This document shows, in pieces, positions 1 through 9,851 of a stretch of DNA of 57,248 nt. The notes beneath the pieces are model-generated. The model saw only the letters and a list, made by a program, of their open reading frames with translations, was not told the origin of the DNA and searched no databases. The position numbers were made by a program, and so were the translations under genes. The stretch's first letter is position 1; each line of letters begins with the position of its first letter. Source of the stretch: Prochloraceae cyanobacterium (lineage in GTDB: Bacteria; Cyanobacteriota; Cyanobacteriia; Cyanobacteriales; JASJDA01); the NCBI GenBank assembly GCA_030065265.1, contig JASJCW010000003.1, forward strand, positions 1-57,248, given 5' to 3'.

Positions 1-469
1 TAGCGATAGTTGCTAGCACCCAAGCAACTCCAGCTAAAACAGCCGCACCGCCAAGTTTAGGCACAAATTCGCTAATTTGTCCTAAAAGTTGATTGAGAGG
101 CTCAGAAACCGCATTTAACTTGAGGGAGTCTAAAACTGCAACTGTGGTAAAAAGGATGATAATCCAAAATATCGTATTTGAAATCCACTTTTCGATCGGC
201 GGTTTTTCTGCAGTAGAACTTCCTCCGGTTACCCATTCAGCGATTTTGTTATCGATTTCGGTTTTGTTAAGAACCTTATAAATGATTCCCGAAACGATCG
301 AAGCGATAATCCAACCCAAGACTAAGATTGCGATCGCACCGAGAATACTAACTAAAGAACCCCCTAAATTATCGCCTAAAGAAGCCAATAATCCATCTAA
401 ACCAGGAATTCCCGATGTTTGTGCTATTAGTGGCAATTGAGAAATACTCGTGCCAATTATTTGCGTCAT
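1..469 (-). CDS. TM-helix repeat / MscS-associated membrane protein, 5' part (runs off the window start)
   Basis: Hand translation from ATG at 469: MTQIIGTSISQLPLIAQ...ILGAIAILVLGWIIASIVSGIIYKVLNKTEIDNKIAEWV...FVPKLGGAAVLAGVAWVLATIA. The frame is open to the window edge and carries typical TM_helix repeats. Not in the ORF track. Confidence 0.8.
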   Translation of the reverse strand, partial: MTQIIGTSISQLPLIAQTSGIPGLDGLLASLGDNLGGSLVSILGAIAILVLGWIIASIVSGIIYKVLNKTEIDNKIAEWVTGGSSTAEKPPIEKWISNTIFWIIILFTTVAVLDSLKLNAVSEPLNQLLGQISEFVPKLGGAAVLAGVAWVLATIA

Positions 470-694
470 TGATTACCAATTTCCTGTAACTATTTTGGAT
501 TGATTTAATCAAAATTATCGGGACAAAGAATTACTCTTTGTGCCGCGCTAGCTAATATTTACAATAGATCTAGACTAAAGTAGATTAACAGAAACACTTT
601 ATGTCCAGTTAATATTTAGATTAAGCTATTTTTAGGAGCTAAGATAAACTTATCCATCAATTTTTAAGATAGTCATTGTCAAAGTCGAAGTAAT

Positions 695-1981
695 TTAGGT
701 GTCGACTTGCTTCAACCAAATAATAAAAATATTTTGCCAATTGCTTTGTTCTCTGCGATCGCTAGCTTCAGAAACGATTAACTCAATTTCTCCTTCCATT
801 GCTTCAACAAATTCTTTGGCGATCGCCAATCCCAAACCCGTTCCCTGAATCTCTCCTCGAGCTTGTACTCCTCGGTAATGTCGCTCAAAAATCCTGAGTC
901 GATCCTGTGATGGTATTTCAGTACCAGTATTTTTAACTGCAATTCCGAGCCAATCGAGATCGTTTTTGTGCCGAGACAAACCGGCTTCAATTTCAACTTT
1001 TCCACCTTCAGGGGTATATTTCAAAGCATTATCGATTAAATTACTGAGAACTTCTCGCAAAGCTTCCCGATCGGCTGCTAAGAGTGGTAAATTAGCCTTA
1101 ATATAGCTAGTAAACTCAATTTTTCTTTCATTGGCGATCGCTTCTGTGCTGATTAATAAAGGATTTAAAACTTGTTCGATCTCTGTCGGTACTACTTGGA
1201 GATTTTTTGTTGGCGAGATTAAAGGAGATTTCGAGGGTAAAGATGGTAAGTTTGGCGCGATATTTAAAGCTAGCGAATCTGTATTTTGTTGAAAGGTTGC
1301 GATTAATTCTTGAAGGCGATCGCTTTCTCTCAACATACTCGTGGCAATTTTTCGATTCGGGTCTTCATTAATAAATCTTTTGAGTAACAGTTTACTAAAA
1401 GTTCGCAAGGCTGAAATCGGATTGCGTAACTGATGCAATAAATCTTCTAGTTGGTTGCGCTCGATTTTAGCTACTTGTTGCTGTTGTTGTAATTCTTCTC
1501 GATACCAATCTCTCTCTCTGGCTAGCTTACAGCCGATCGCAATAGTTGCGGCGATTTTCTCAATCAGATCGTATTCTTGTTCGTTCCATTCGCGATCGGA
1601 TCTCCTCGTTACCAATAACCCCACGACCCGATCTTGATATACTAAAGGCAATACTAGCTGTCTTTGTTTTACCAGATAGGACTTAGAACTAGTAAAGTTG
1701 ACTGCATTTTTTTTTCCTGAATTTTTCAACTCCTCTGTTGAAGGTAAACTCGGAGTTTTTTGCCATCGATGCCAAACTTTTGGTAATATTTCTAAGCGGT
1801 TATTTTCGGGCCTTAATTCTTGTGTTTGTGGATATGCGGCGACTTGAATCAATTGAGCTGGCTGGTTATTCTCTGCGATTTGCTGCGTTACGTAAACTGC
1901 ACTCCAAGACGCTCCCATAGCCTCATTTAATAAAGCTATTTGCCCTCGACACAGGTCGATAAATTCCTCAGAAGTTGCCAT
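695..1981 (-). CDS. GAF-domain sensor histidine kinase (Hik2/CSK-like)
   Basis: N-terminal 'SEEFIDLCRGQIALL' GAF region, H-box LLHQLRNP, N-box NLIDNALKYT, G-box GTGLGLAIA; no TM segment. Confidence 0.85.
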   Translation of the reverse strand: MATSEEFIDLCRGQIALLNEAMGASWSAVYVTQQIAENNQPAQLIQVAAYPQTQELRPENNRLEILPKVWHRWQKTPSLPSTEELKNSGKKNAVNFTSSKSYLVKQRQLVLPLVYQDRVVGLLVTRRSDREWNEQEYDLIEKIAATIAIGCKLARERDWYREELQQQQQVAKIERNQLEDLLHQLRNPISALRTFSKLLLKRFINEDPNRKIATSMLRESDRLQELIATFQQNTDSLALNIAPNLPSLPSKSPLISPTKNLQVVPTEIEQVLNPLLISTEAIANERKIEFTSYIKANLPLLAADREALREVLSNLIDNALKYTPEGGKVEIEAGLSRHKNDLDWLGIAVKNTGTEIPSQDRLRIFERHYRGVQARGEIQGTGLGLAIAKEFVEAMEGEIELIVSEASDRREQSNWQNIFIIWLKQVDT

Positions 1982-2288
1982 AATTGTCGGGTCTGAATCT
2001 AAAATTTGCTGGTTAATTGTCTATAAAAACATTTGTACTTACTTGTTTGGCGATTTTTGTCAAGTAGAGAACTTCACGAGTTGAAATCCCGATTATAAAT
2101 AAGCTTTACCTACTTTTAGGCGGCTTTTTACTCAATGTTTATTGATGTCTATTTGTCAAGCTTTGTTAGTTTATTTTGAGTAATCTTATACTTATTTATT
2201 TTTTTTTTAAGTTTTTTGCTTGCCCTCTATTGATTGTTATCCTTTGATTTTAGCCAACTAGCCGCCTTTATAAGCCCGATTTGAGGGC

Positions 2289-2345
2289 TTGATTTATCTC
2301 CTGAATCTCGATATAATTTTTTCGATTTTTGTAACTATTATTACA
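2289..2345 (+). promoter_or_regulatory. Sigma70-type promoter followed by an NtcA-like box
   Basis: TTGATT (2289-2294), 17-bp spacer, TATAAT (2312-2317); TGTA-N8-TACA at 2330-2345; AGGAGG RBS at 2361-2366. Confidence 0.6.
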
Positions 2346-2374
2346 GCTAGTATGTAAATTAGGAGGTAACTAAG

Positions 2375-2692
2375 TTGGCCAGGAAACGCAAACGTAAAAG
2401 TCGCCGCCGTCAAGAAGGACGTAAAATTCTCGAATTAGTACCTCATTATAGTATTGAAAGTGGAGAAGATAAACCGGTAACAGCCGCTCGCAAATACATA
2501 TCGGGTTCTGGAATAGTTCCTCCTGCGGTGTTGGTAGTCAAAAGAAACGAACATACAACAGATCGATACTTCTGGGCAGAAAAGGGATTATTTGGCGCTC
2601 AATACGTAGAAGAAAATCATTTTCTTTTTCCTTCTTTAAGATCGCTCCAACCACAAAAGCCAACTACAATAGCCGCAGTTGGCGTTCATTAA
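2375..2692 (+). CDS. DUF3155 family conserved cyanobacterial protein
   Basis: MARKRKRKSRRRQEGRKILE...KGLFGAQYVEENHFLFPSL signature; TTG start with strong RBS. Confidence 0.85.
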   Translation: MARKRKRKSRRRQEGRKILELVPHYSIESGEDKPVTAARKYISGSGIVPPAVLVVKRNEHTTDRYFWAEKGLFGAQYVEENHFLFPSLRSLQPQKPTTIAAVGVH

Positions 2693-2702
2693 ATTCGTAC
2701 TT

Positions 2703-2744
2703 TCCCTGCTCAGAGTTATCAGACTAACACGATTTGGGTAGGGA
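2703..2744. terminator. Hairpin between convergent genes
   Basis: TCCCTGCTCAGA...TTTGGGTAGGGA imperfect stem just after the stop codon. Confidence 0.4.
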
Positions 2745-2774
2745 TTGGCCCGAGGGATACGATCGAAATTTAAG

Positions 2775-3347
2775 TTATTCGCTTAACTTAAAACTAATAT
2801 TCTGTTGAAGTTGAATTAATTCATCTCGATGAGCGGCGATCGTCATTAAAGTTCGATCGTTGGTTTCATCACTGCTACTGAGAGCTTCAACTTTGAGATC
2901 TACGGTTTCAGTTCGCCCCGCTTTTTGCCAATAAAAATAACCGGCGATCGGCGCGATCGCATTCAATAATAGAAAATAAAGATTATTATCTTGAGGATAT
3001 AAAAAAGATAAAACCAAAGCAAAACAAGATAAACCAATTGCAGCCAAGCAGCTCAGAAAAATGGCAAGAAACCAACTCGGGCGAACGAAACCCTCAAAAG
3101 TAATTTGTTTTTTGTCGCGGTCTAATTTAACAATGTGATAGGATCGCGACTCAAAATATTCTTGCAAGCGGGTTAAAAGGATGTCTTGAGAATCGGTTGA
3201 AATTAATTTTACTTTTTTCGTCCGGTTTTTCACAGAAGCGCGAATAAAGAAAAAAAGACCCGACATTAATAGTAAAGTTAGCAAAAAAGTCGAAGATACG
3301 ATCGGCGTATTAACTGCCTCGATACCAAAAATAAACAAATTTTTCAT
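2775..3347 (-). CDS. ccb1: Cofactor assembly of complex C subunit B (CCB1, DUF3529); true start possibly GTG at 3314
   Basis: STFLLTLLLMSGLFFFIRASVKNR, FEGFVRPSWFLAIFL and AHRDELIQL motifs. Confidence 0.8.
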   Translation of the reverse strand: MKNLFIFGIEAVNTPIVSSTFLLTLLLMSGLFFFIRASVKNRTKKVKLISTDSQDILLTRLQEYFESRSYHIVKLDRDKKQITFEGFVRPSWFLAIFLSCLAAIGLSCFALVLSFLYPQDNNLYFLLLNAIAPIAGYFYWQKAGRTETVDLKVEALSSSDETNDRTLMTIAAHRDELIQLQQNISFKLSE

Positions 3348-3589
3348 AAAAAAATAGACACCAAATTTTGTTAAAAAAGCTCGGCGATCGCATGGAATAT
3401 AACTTCCGTAAATTGAGAATCGATCCGTTTATTTTGAACTAGCAAAACGAGTACAATCTCGTTTCTCGCTTGCTTTTTCGCCCCGATGCTTCTTATTATT
3501 TTTAGTAGCCCCATTTGTGAAAAACCAGCTAAATTTTAATTTATTTAAAACTTTTTAAAATTTTATTAAAGCGAAAACTTTTAACAAAT

Positions 3590-3868
3590 ATGACTAAAAA
3601 ACAAAAATTTCCTTACTTACTCGGTTCAAAATGGACTGCCAGACAAAAAACTTGGGGCTGGCGGCATTTTCAGGTAATCAACCGCAAAAACCAAGGTAAA
3701 TGGGTGTTTGCAGAAATGGTAGCATCTTGCGATCCGACAGTCAGATTTTGGATCAATGCCAAACAGCTCAAAGATACTTCAAGTTGGCAAGCAGGTTGGA
3801 AAACTTTAGCAGAAATAGATCGATCGCCAGAAGAAGATTTAAACGGCATCGATATTGTTGAATACTAA
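3590..3868 (+). CDS. TIGR02450 family Trp-rich protein
   Basis: KFPYLLGSKWTA...WGWRHFQV...WQAGW pattern. Confidence 0.8.
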   Translation: MTKKQKFPYLLGSKWTARQKTWGWRHFQVINRKNQGKWVFAEMVASCDPTVRFWINAKQLKDTSSWQAGWKTLAEIDRSPEEDLNGIDIVEY

Positions 3869-3924
3869 ACAATTTGGAGTTAAGGTTAAAATTTCTCTAG
3901 AGGCTGCACCATACTGTAGTAAAC

Positions 3925-4428
3925 TTGTCAAGTATAAAAGGGAAAGGAAAAGGCTTGAAATTAGCAAATAAAATTGAGGCAATTCTTTATCTTAAGGGTC
4001 AACCCCTTTCCTTGGGGGAAATCGCCGGTTTAGCTGGTTGCGATCGCCAAAAAGCAAAAAAAGCCCTCTTAGATCTAATGAACGATTATGACTCGCGAGA
4101 TAGCGCGCTAGAGGTGATTAATACTCCGGTAGGATATAGCTTACAATTAAAATCCACTTGCGAAGGAATGCTCGAAAGTTTAATACCTGCTGAGTTGGGA
4201 ATTGCCAGTTTGCGAACTTTAGCCGCGATCGCCCTAAAAAGTCCTTTGCTGCAAACAGAATTGATCGAACTGCGCGGTAGCAGTGCCTACGCACACGTCC
4301 AAGAACTGGTAAAATTAGGTTTAGTCCGCAAGCGTCGTCAAACAGACGGTCGTTCCTATTGGTTGCAAGTGACCGATAAATTTTATCAGTATTTTGAAAT
4401 CGATCGATTTTCGCAAAGTTTGAGTTAA
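3925..4428 (+). CDS. scpB: SMC-Scp complex subunit ScpB
   Basis: KIEAILY, LRTLAAIA..P, ELRG and T..FY.YF motifs. Confidence 0.9.
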   Translation: MSSIKGKGKGLKLANKIEAILYLKGQPLSLGEIAGLAGCDRQKAKKALLDLMNDYDSRDSALEVINTPVGYSLQLKSTCEGMLESLIPAELGIASLRTLAAIALKSPLLQTELIELRGSSAYAHVQELVKLGLVRKRRQTDGRSYWLQVTDKFYQYFEIDRFSQSLS

Positions 4429-4519
4429 TTTACATAAAAAAATTAACAATCTTGTAGTTAAACTGTAAAGTATGCCACAGTGAACTAATAAAGAGCCGTA
4501 AAAACTTAAAGTGTGCTAA

Positions 4520-4858
4520 ATGAACTTTGATTCTGATTTTTTCAATTCCGAACCAACCGAACAAACTGTCAACTCTCTCCTACAATATTTACAACAACAA
4601 AATCCTGAAACTTTAGCAAGAATAGCCCAGTCTGCTAGCCCAGAAATCAAACAAATTATTTCCCACAACGTTCGCGGATTGGTCGGAATGTTACCCTCTG
4701 GAGATTTTAACATTCAAGTTACCACCGATCGCGATAATTTAGCCAGCCTTTTAGCTTCGGCAATGATGACAGGTTATTTTCTCTGTCAAATGGAAAGACG
4801 CAAAGGTTTAGAAGAGTCTTTATCTGGAATCGATTCTATCGATCCTAACTCTCTATAG
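4520..4858 (+). CDS. DUF760 family protein
   Basis: NSLLQYLQ, NVRGLVGMLP and LASAMMTGYFL.QME.R motifs. Confidence 0.85.
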   Translation: MNFDSDFFNSEPTEQTVNSLLQYLQQQNPETLARIAQSASPEIKQIISHNVRGLVGMLPSGDFNIQVTTDRDNLASLLASAMMTGYFLCQMERRKGLEESLSGIDSIDPNSL

Positions 4859-4927
4859 CAACCGAAATCGGCAAATTATTTTGAGAGTGTTGGCAAGATA
4901 TTTATTTTAAAAGATCTACGATCTGAA

Positions 4928-6220
4928 TTATTGATTCATATCTCTGTAAGTTGCTACGGATGAAGGAGAAATCCGATTTAAATAACGGAAAATCCAATAC
5001 TTAAGTATTGTATCTAAGATTACTGGGAAAGTGGCAATAAATAAGAAATTGAATTCTCTACTTTCTGGTAAGCCAAAATGTCTGGCGACACTTTCTAAAA
5101 CAATTTCCCAACCGTGAGGAGAGTGGAAACCAACCAACATATCGGTGAATAGAATAATTGTGAATGCTTTCGCGCTATCGCTCAAACCGTAAATAAGATT
5201 ATCTAAAAAAGATTTAAAAACTATAATTTCTCTCTGGCAGAAAATCAGAATTAGCACAAAAGAAAAAAACGAAAAAAGATCGGCAAAAATATTGGCAACC
5301 CCATCGATACTTCGCCGACGATATTTTTCGATTATTTCAGAAACTTTTTCTTTTAATTTTATTTTTCTTTCCGTTGGCGTAATTTCTGGAGCTACACCAG
5401 CTAAACTTTTAAAATATAATTTGTATTCAAAACTTTGTAATTCTGCAAATGCTTCTTCTTCTAAATCTTGCTCGATAAAATGGAGGCGATCGGTATTCAA
5501 ATTAGCCGCAACTATTGGTTTGACTATCAATGTTTTACTGATTTGATAAGTCAAAAAGGGGACGATAATTAAAGTTAACAAAAAGCGACAAGATACGACT
5601 GTTTTTTGCCGAGATTGACGGTATTTTTGCAGGACTTCAAGATCTTTTGCCGGGGATGGAGGCGAGATATCTTCCTTAATCTGATTGTAAGTTCTAAAGA
5701 AAGATCTCGGTAATAAACTAGTTTTATCCGATACGGTTTCTATTTGGGCGATCGCCCCGGGCTTAGTCAATTCTCGCTCCACTGTCGGGCGATCGTATCG
5801 ATTTAAAATTGCCTCGATTGACTGCAATTGTTGGATAAAATTAGATTGAGAGCGATCTTCAAGAGTGAAAGACCTATCTAATTCCAAACCTCCTAAAGTG
5901 CTGCTAACAAAACTAAGAAAATTAGAACTAAATTCAAACTCTTTCAATCTGATTTTAATAATTTTTAAATATTTTTTGATTTCAGCTTGTAAAAAAATAG
6001 CAGTGCGATCGCTATGCTCGAAAGAAATTGTATTTTCTTGCTGGGTGCTTTCTGCTTTATTATCTAATTGAGAATTAAAATAGCGATCTTCAATAGCTTT
6101 AATTTTTAACGCAGCTTGATACGCTCGATTGATGGCTCTTTTGGGAGTATCTAAAAACCAGCTCATAGCTTTTAATTTTATATTTAGCGACCTTAAAAAT
6201 GAATCAAAAACCGTTACCAA
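4928..6220 (-). CDS. pxcA: Proton extrusion protein PxcA (CemA family); start uncertain (ATG at 6166 also possible)
   Basis: AYQAALKIKAIED N-terminus; C-terminal CemA motifs GLSDSAKAF, GFHSPHGWE, FPVILDT..KYWIFRYLNRISPS. Confidence 0.9.
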   Translation of the reverse strand: MVTVFDSFLRSLNIKLKAMSWFLDTPKRAINRAYQAALKIKAIEDRYFNSQLDNKAESTQQENTISFEHSDRTAIFLQAEIKKYLKIIKIRLKEFEFSSNFLSFVSSTLGGLELDRSFTLEDRSQSNFIQQLQSIEAILNRYDRPTVERELTKPGAIAQIETVSDKTSLLPRSFFRTYNQIKEDISPPSPAKDLEVLQKYRQSRQKTVVSCRFLLTLIIVPFLTYQISKTLIVKPIVAANLNTDRLHFIEQDLEEEAFAELQSFEYKLYFKSLAGVAPEITPTERKIKLKEKVSEIIEKYRRRSIDGVANIFADLFSFFSFVLILIFCQREIIVFKSFLDNLIYGLSDSAKAFTIILFTDMLVGFHSPHGWEIVLESVARHFGLPESREFNFLFIATFPVILDTILKYWIFRYLNRISPSSVATYRDMNQ

Positions 6221-8349
6221 TTTGGATTGAAGGCTCTAGTCGCAGTGGTAAAACGACTCGTTTAATTGCGGAGTTTCAAGCTTGGACGAGCAAACAAAAA
6301 CAAACAAAAACAAAACAAACAATCGGCCCTGCGGTATTAGTTTTTGCAGCTAATGGCAATAACAGTCGTCAATTGAGAGATCGATTGACCGCGACATTAG
6401 ACGGTAGCTATCCGTTAGTCTGTAAAACTCCTAATGGTTTTATTGTCGATGAAGTAAAGTTATTTTGGCCGATATTATTTGAAAACTTAGGAATTAAAGC
6501 GCAATTTCCAGTACGTTTGCGTCCAGAAACCGAACAAGAACTAGCAACCAGGTTATGGCGATCGCATTTAACAACAGAAGATATTGCCTTATTTGGTAAC
6601 GAATACACTTGTGTCAGACGTATTTTAGATCTTCTGCAACTAGCAGGAGCGAGTGGCATTCCGTTAGAGGACATACCCGATATTTTAGCTCGAGATTTAC
6701 CAGACGGTCTTTTTGGAGAAATTAAAGCAAAAACCTGGCACAAATTTGGCAAACTACTAATAGATTGGCGACAATGGTGTTTAGCTAGAGGGTTGCTCGG
6801 TTACGGCATTATTTACGAGCTTTATTGGCGTTATTTACTCTCAAATGAAACTTATCAATACCATTTAAGCAGAAGATACGAAGCGATATTTGCCGACGAT
6901 ACCGACGATTATCCCGCGATCGCCAAAGACTTGTGCGAGTTGTTACTTTCAAAAAATGTTTTTGCTGTTTTCACTTACAATCGCCAAGGTAAAATTAGAT
7001 TGGGTTTAAATGCAGATCCCGATTACTTTGCTAGTTTGGCTGCTCAGTGTCGAGTCGAATCTTTAAAATATCCTGAAAATTCAAACAGCTTGCAAGATTT
7101 ATCCGACTCAGTAGTCCAATTAGTTTTAGATCCGGGCTACATGGGAAATTTAGCCGACGATCGCATCGAATCAATTCAAACTATTTCCCGATCGCAAATG
7201 TTACGTCAAACAGCAACAGTAATTATCGCAGCGATCCAAAACAAAATAGTCGAACCGCGAGATATTGCGATCGTCGCTCCAGGATTAGATGAAATCGGAC
7301 GCTATACCCTAATCGAAATTTTATCCGCAGCAGGAATTGCCGTCGAACCAGTTAGCGAGCAAAGACCTTTAATTAGCAGCCCCCAAGTTAGAGCCTTATT
7401 AACCTTATTAGCCCTAATTTATCCTGGTTTGGGGCGATCGCTCGATCGCGATGCTGTTGCCGAAATGCTAACAGTTCTCAGCTATCAACCGGATCGAGAT
7501 GGCAGCAACAACCTAATTTCAGAAATAGACCCCGTTAGAGCTGGGGCGATCGCAGATCGCTGTTACGTTCCTGATTTAGACCATCCCCACTTAAGCGATG
7601 CGATCGAGTCTTTTCCTCGTTGGGATAGGTTAGGTCATCGTGCCAGCACTGCCTATAAAAAGATTTTAACTTGGTTGGAGACAATTAAGTCACAACGAGC
7701 CAAACAAGTTTTTACCAATCCAACGGAGGTACTAGATTTAGCAATTAAAGACTTTTTTGGCAAACAAAAACATTTTGGTTGCGCGCGACTCTCCGCTCTG
7801 CGAGAATTAATCGAAACAGCCCAACATTTTTGGCAAATCGATCGCAGAATCAGACAAAACGAACCCAGCATTCTCTCCGAAACCGCTACAATAGCTCAAT
7901 TCATTCAATTATTGCGTCGCGGTACGATTACAGCAAATCCCCGTCCTCTTTCTAATTTAGAGATCCAAAGCGATCGAAATGCAGTAACCTTTGCTAACAT
8001 ATTTCAGTACAGATCCCTTCGCACCCATCATCGATGGCATTTTTGGCTGGATGCAGGATCTTCCCTTTGGGATAAAGCAGGAAGTGCAGCATTATTTGCT
8101 TATCCTTTATTTTTAAAAAACAGATCTCCGGGACAATTAACCCCAGAAGCTGAAATTAAAGCCGATCAAGAGCGTTTCGAGCGGATTTTAAGAGATTTAT
8201 TAGCGCGAGCGAGGGAAAAAATATTTCTTTGTTACAGCGATCTGGGCGTGAATGGGAAAGAACAAACCGGGCCTTTGTTTAGTTTAGTTAATGCTTCGAG
8301 TCAGTTGTCCCTCGAAAATAAAAGCGATCTCATCGAAACAGCAAGATAA
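6199..8349 (+). CDS. Conserved cyanobacterial UvrD/AddB-like P-loop protein of unknown function
   Basis: N-terminal Walker A-like IEGSSRSGKT, degenerate Walker B IFADDTDDY, 'DIAIVAP' and C-terminal 'LLARAREKIFL' helicase-like motifs. Confidence 0.65.
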   Translation: MNQKPLPIWIEGSSRSGKTTRLIAEFQAWTSKQKQTKTKQTIGPAVLVFAANGNNSRQLRDRLTATLDGSYPLVCKTPNGFIVDEVKLFWPILFENLGIKAQFPVRLRPETEQELATRLWRSHLTTEDIALFGNEYTCVRRILDLLQLAGASGIPLEDIPDILARDLPDGLFGEIKAKTWHKFGKLLIDWRQWCLARGLLGYGIIYELYWRYLLSNETYQYHLSRRYEAIFADDTDDYPAIAKDLCELLLSKNVFAVFTYNRQGKIRLGLNADPDYFASLAAQCRVESLKYPENSNSLQDLSDSVVQLVLDPGYMGNLADDRIESIQTISRSQMLRQTATVIIAAIQNKIVEPRDIAIVAPGLDEIGRYTLIEILSAAGIAVEPVSEQRPLISSPQVRALLTLLALIYPGLGRSLDRDAVAEMLTVLSYQPDRDGSNNLISEIDPVRAGAIADRCYVPDLDHPHLSDAIESFPRWDRLGHRASTAYKKILTWLETIKSQRAKQVFTNPTEVLDLAIKDFFGKQKHFGCARLSALRELIETAQHFWQIDRRIRQNEPSILSETATIAQFIQLLRRGTITANPRPLSNLEIQSDRNAVTFANIFQYRSLRTHHRWHFWLDAGSSLWDKAGSAALFAYPLFLKNRSPGQLTPEAEIKADQERFERILRDLLARAREKIFLCYSDLGVNGKEQTGPLFSLVNASSQLSLENKSDLIETAR

Positions 8350-8513
8350 AATGATTTATTTAATTGGCTCGATCGCAAATCAGCATACATATTTACGTCA
8401 AACTAATTTACCTAGAACAAGTCAATTAGATGTTAATCTGTAATCAAGTTTGGTCGAGCGATAAAATTACGCCAAACGAGACAGTATCTGAATAGAGAGG
8501 CCGATCGTCAAAG

Positions 8514-9761
8514 ATGGATAAACTACAACGTTGTTTTGTCTGTAAAGATACGTTCAGCGATCGCCATTTTTTTTACTCCCAATTGTGTGCTAAATGCGGA
8601 GATTTTAACTATGCCAAACGCGATCGCACTGCAAATTTAGAAGGTAAAACAGCCTTAATTACCGGTGGTAGGGTTAAAATTGGTTACGCTCTCGCTTTAA
8701 AATTACTTCGAGCTGGTGCTAGTGTAATTCTGACTACTCGCTTTCCCCGCGATGCAGCAACAAAATATTCCACTCAACAAGATTTTCATCGCTGGGAAGA
8801 TCGCTTGCATATTTATGGCGTAGACTTACGCAATCTCAAAAGCGTCGATTTCTTTACTCAATACTTACTCAATACTTACCGCAGACTAGATATTATTGTT
8901 AATAATGCAGCCCAGACAGTTCGCCGTCCCCCCGCATTTTATCGCCATTTAATCGATCTCGAATCTTTAGACTATCAAGAATTACCGGCAGAAATCAAAC
9001 CTTTACTAAGCTGGAATCTCGCCAAAAGACGTGCAGAGAGCGATCCCGCAGGGATCCGCTTCGCGGTGCGCACTGTTAATAGAGAACAATCTCATCAATT
9101 ATCAGCTCGAGAAAATAGACAGATCGCCGAGATCGTACCGCCAAAATATCCAGTGTCTGCCGTTAATGCCGCTCAAATGGGCGAAATGCCTCTAATTGCT
9201 GCAGACAAACAAGAAAGCGATACTTTCTTTCCTCCTGGAAGTTACGACGAACAAGGAGAACAAATCGATTTACGCTCGTTTAATAGTTGGGTAATGAAAG
9301 ACGATGAAGTGAGTATTACCGAATTATTAGAAGTTCACATCATCAATGCGATCGTTCCTTTTGTCATCAACAGCCATCTCAAAAAATTAATGATGCGAGA
9401 GCCAAACATAGATAAATATATTATCAATGTTTCGTCAATAGAAGGTAGATTTAACTCCGCTAACAAACCTTGGCAACATCCTCACACTAACATGGCCAAA
9501 GCTGCTTTAAATCAAATGACTCGAACTTGTGCTAAAGAATATGCCAACCATGGTATTTTTATGAATGCAGTCGATCCTGGATGGGTTAGTTTTCACGATC
9601 CTTATCCTCAAGTCGAAGCAATGCGCGATCGCGGGATCGAACCATGTTTTGATTTTATCGATGCTGCTGCCCGGATTTGCGATCCAATTTACACTGGAAT
9701 TAATCAAGGCAAAAATGTTTTTGGTAAGTTGTTCGAGCATTATTTAGAAACAGATTGGTAA
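8514..9761 (+). CDS. SDR family oxidoreductase with N-terminal CxxC...CxxC motif
   Basis: ALITGGRVKIG, DIIVNNAAQT, HPHTNMAKAALN and AVDPGW motifs; CFVC and CAKC at the N-terminus. Confidence 0.85.
   Translation: MDKLQRCFVCKDTFSDRHFFYSQLCAKCGDFNYAKRDRTANLEGKTALITGGRVKIGYALALKLLRAGASVILTTRFPRDAATKYSTQQDFHRWEDRLHIYGVDLRNLKSVDFFTQYLLNTYRRLDIIVNNAAQTVRRPPAFYRHLIDLESLDYQELPAEIKPLLSWNLAKRRAESDPAGIRFAVRTVNREQSHQLSARENRQIAEIVPPKYPVSAVNAAQMGEMPLIAADKQESDTFFPPGSYDEQGEQIDLRSFNSWVMKDDEVSITELLEVHIINAIVPFVINSHLKKLMMREPNIDKYIINVSSIEGRFNSANKPWQHPHTNMAKAALNQMTRTCAKEYANHGIFMNAVDPGWVSFHDPYPQVEAMRDRGIEPCFDFIDAAARICDPIYTGINQGKNVFGKLFEHYLETDW
9045..9068. mobile_element. 24-bp double-hairpin element inserted in a HIP1 site (SDR5-like)
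   Basis: GCGAT|CCCGCAGGGATCCGCTTCGCGGTG|CGC; removing it restores GCGATCGC; in-frame. Confidence 0.65.
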
Positions 9762-9851
9762 TAATTTTGATTTTCAACACAATTTCGGGCTGGATTCCCC
9801 ATTCTTCTTAAAGGTGGGGAGGAAAGCCCGACCAACAAAAATATCGCGGTA

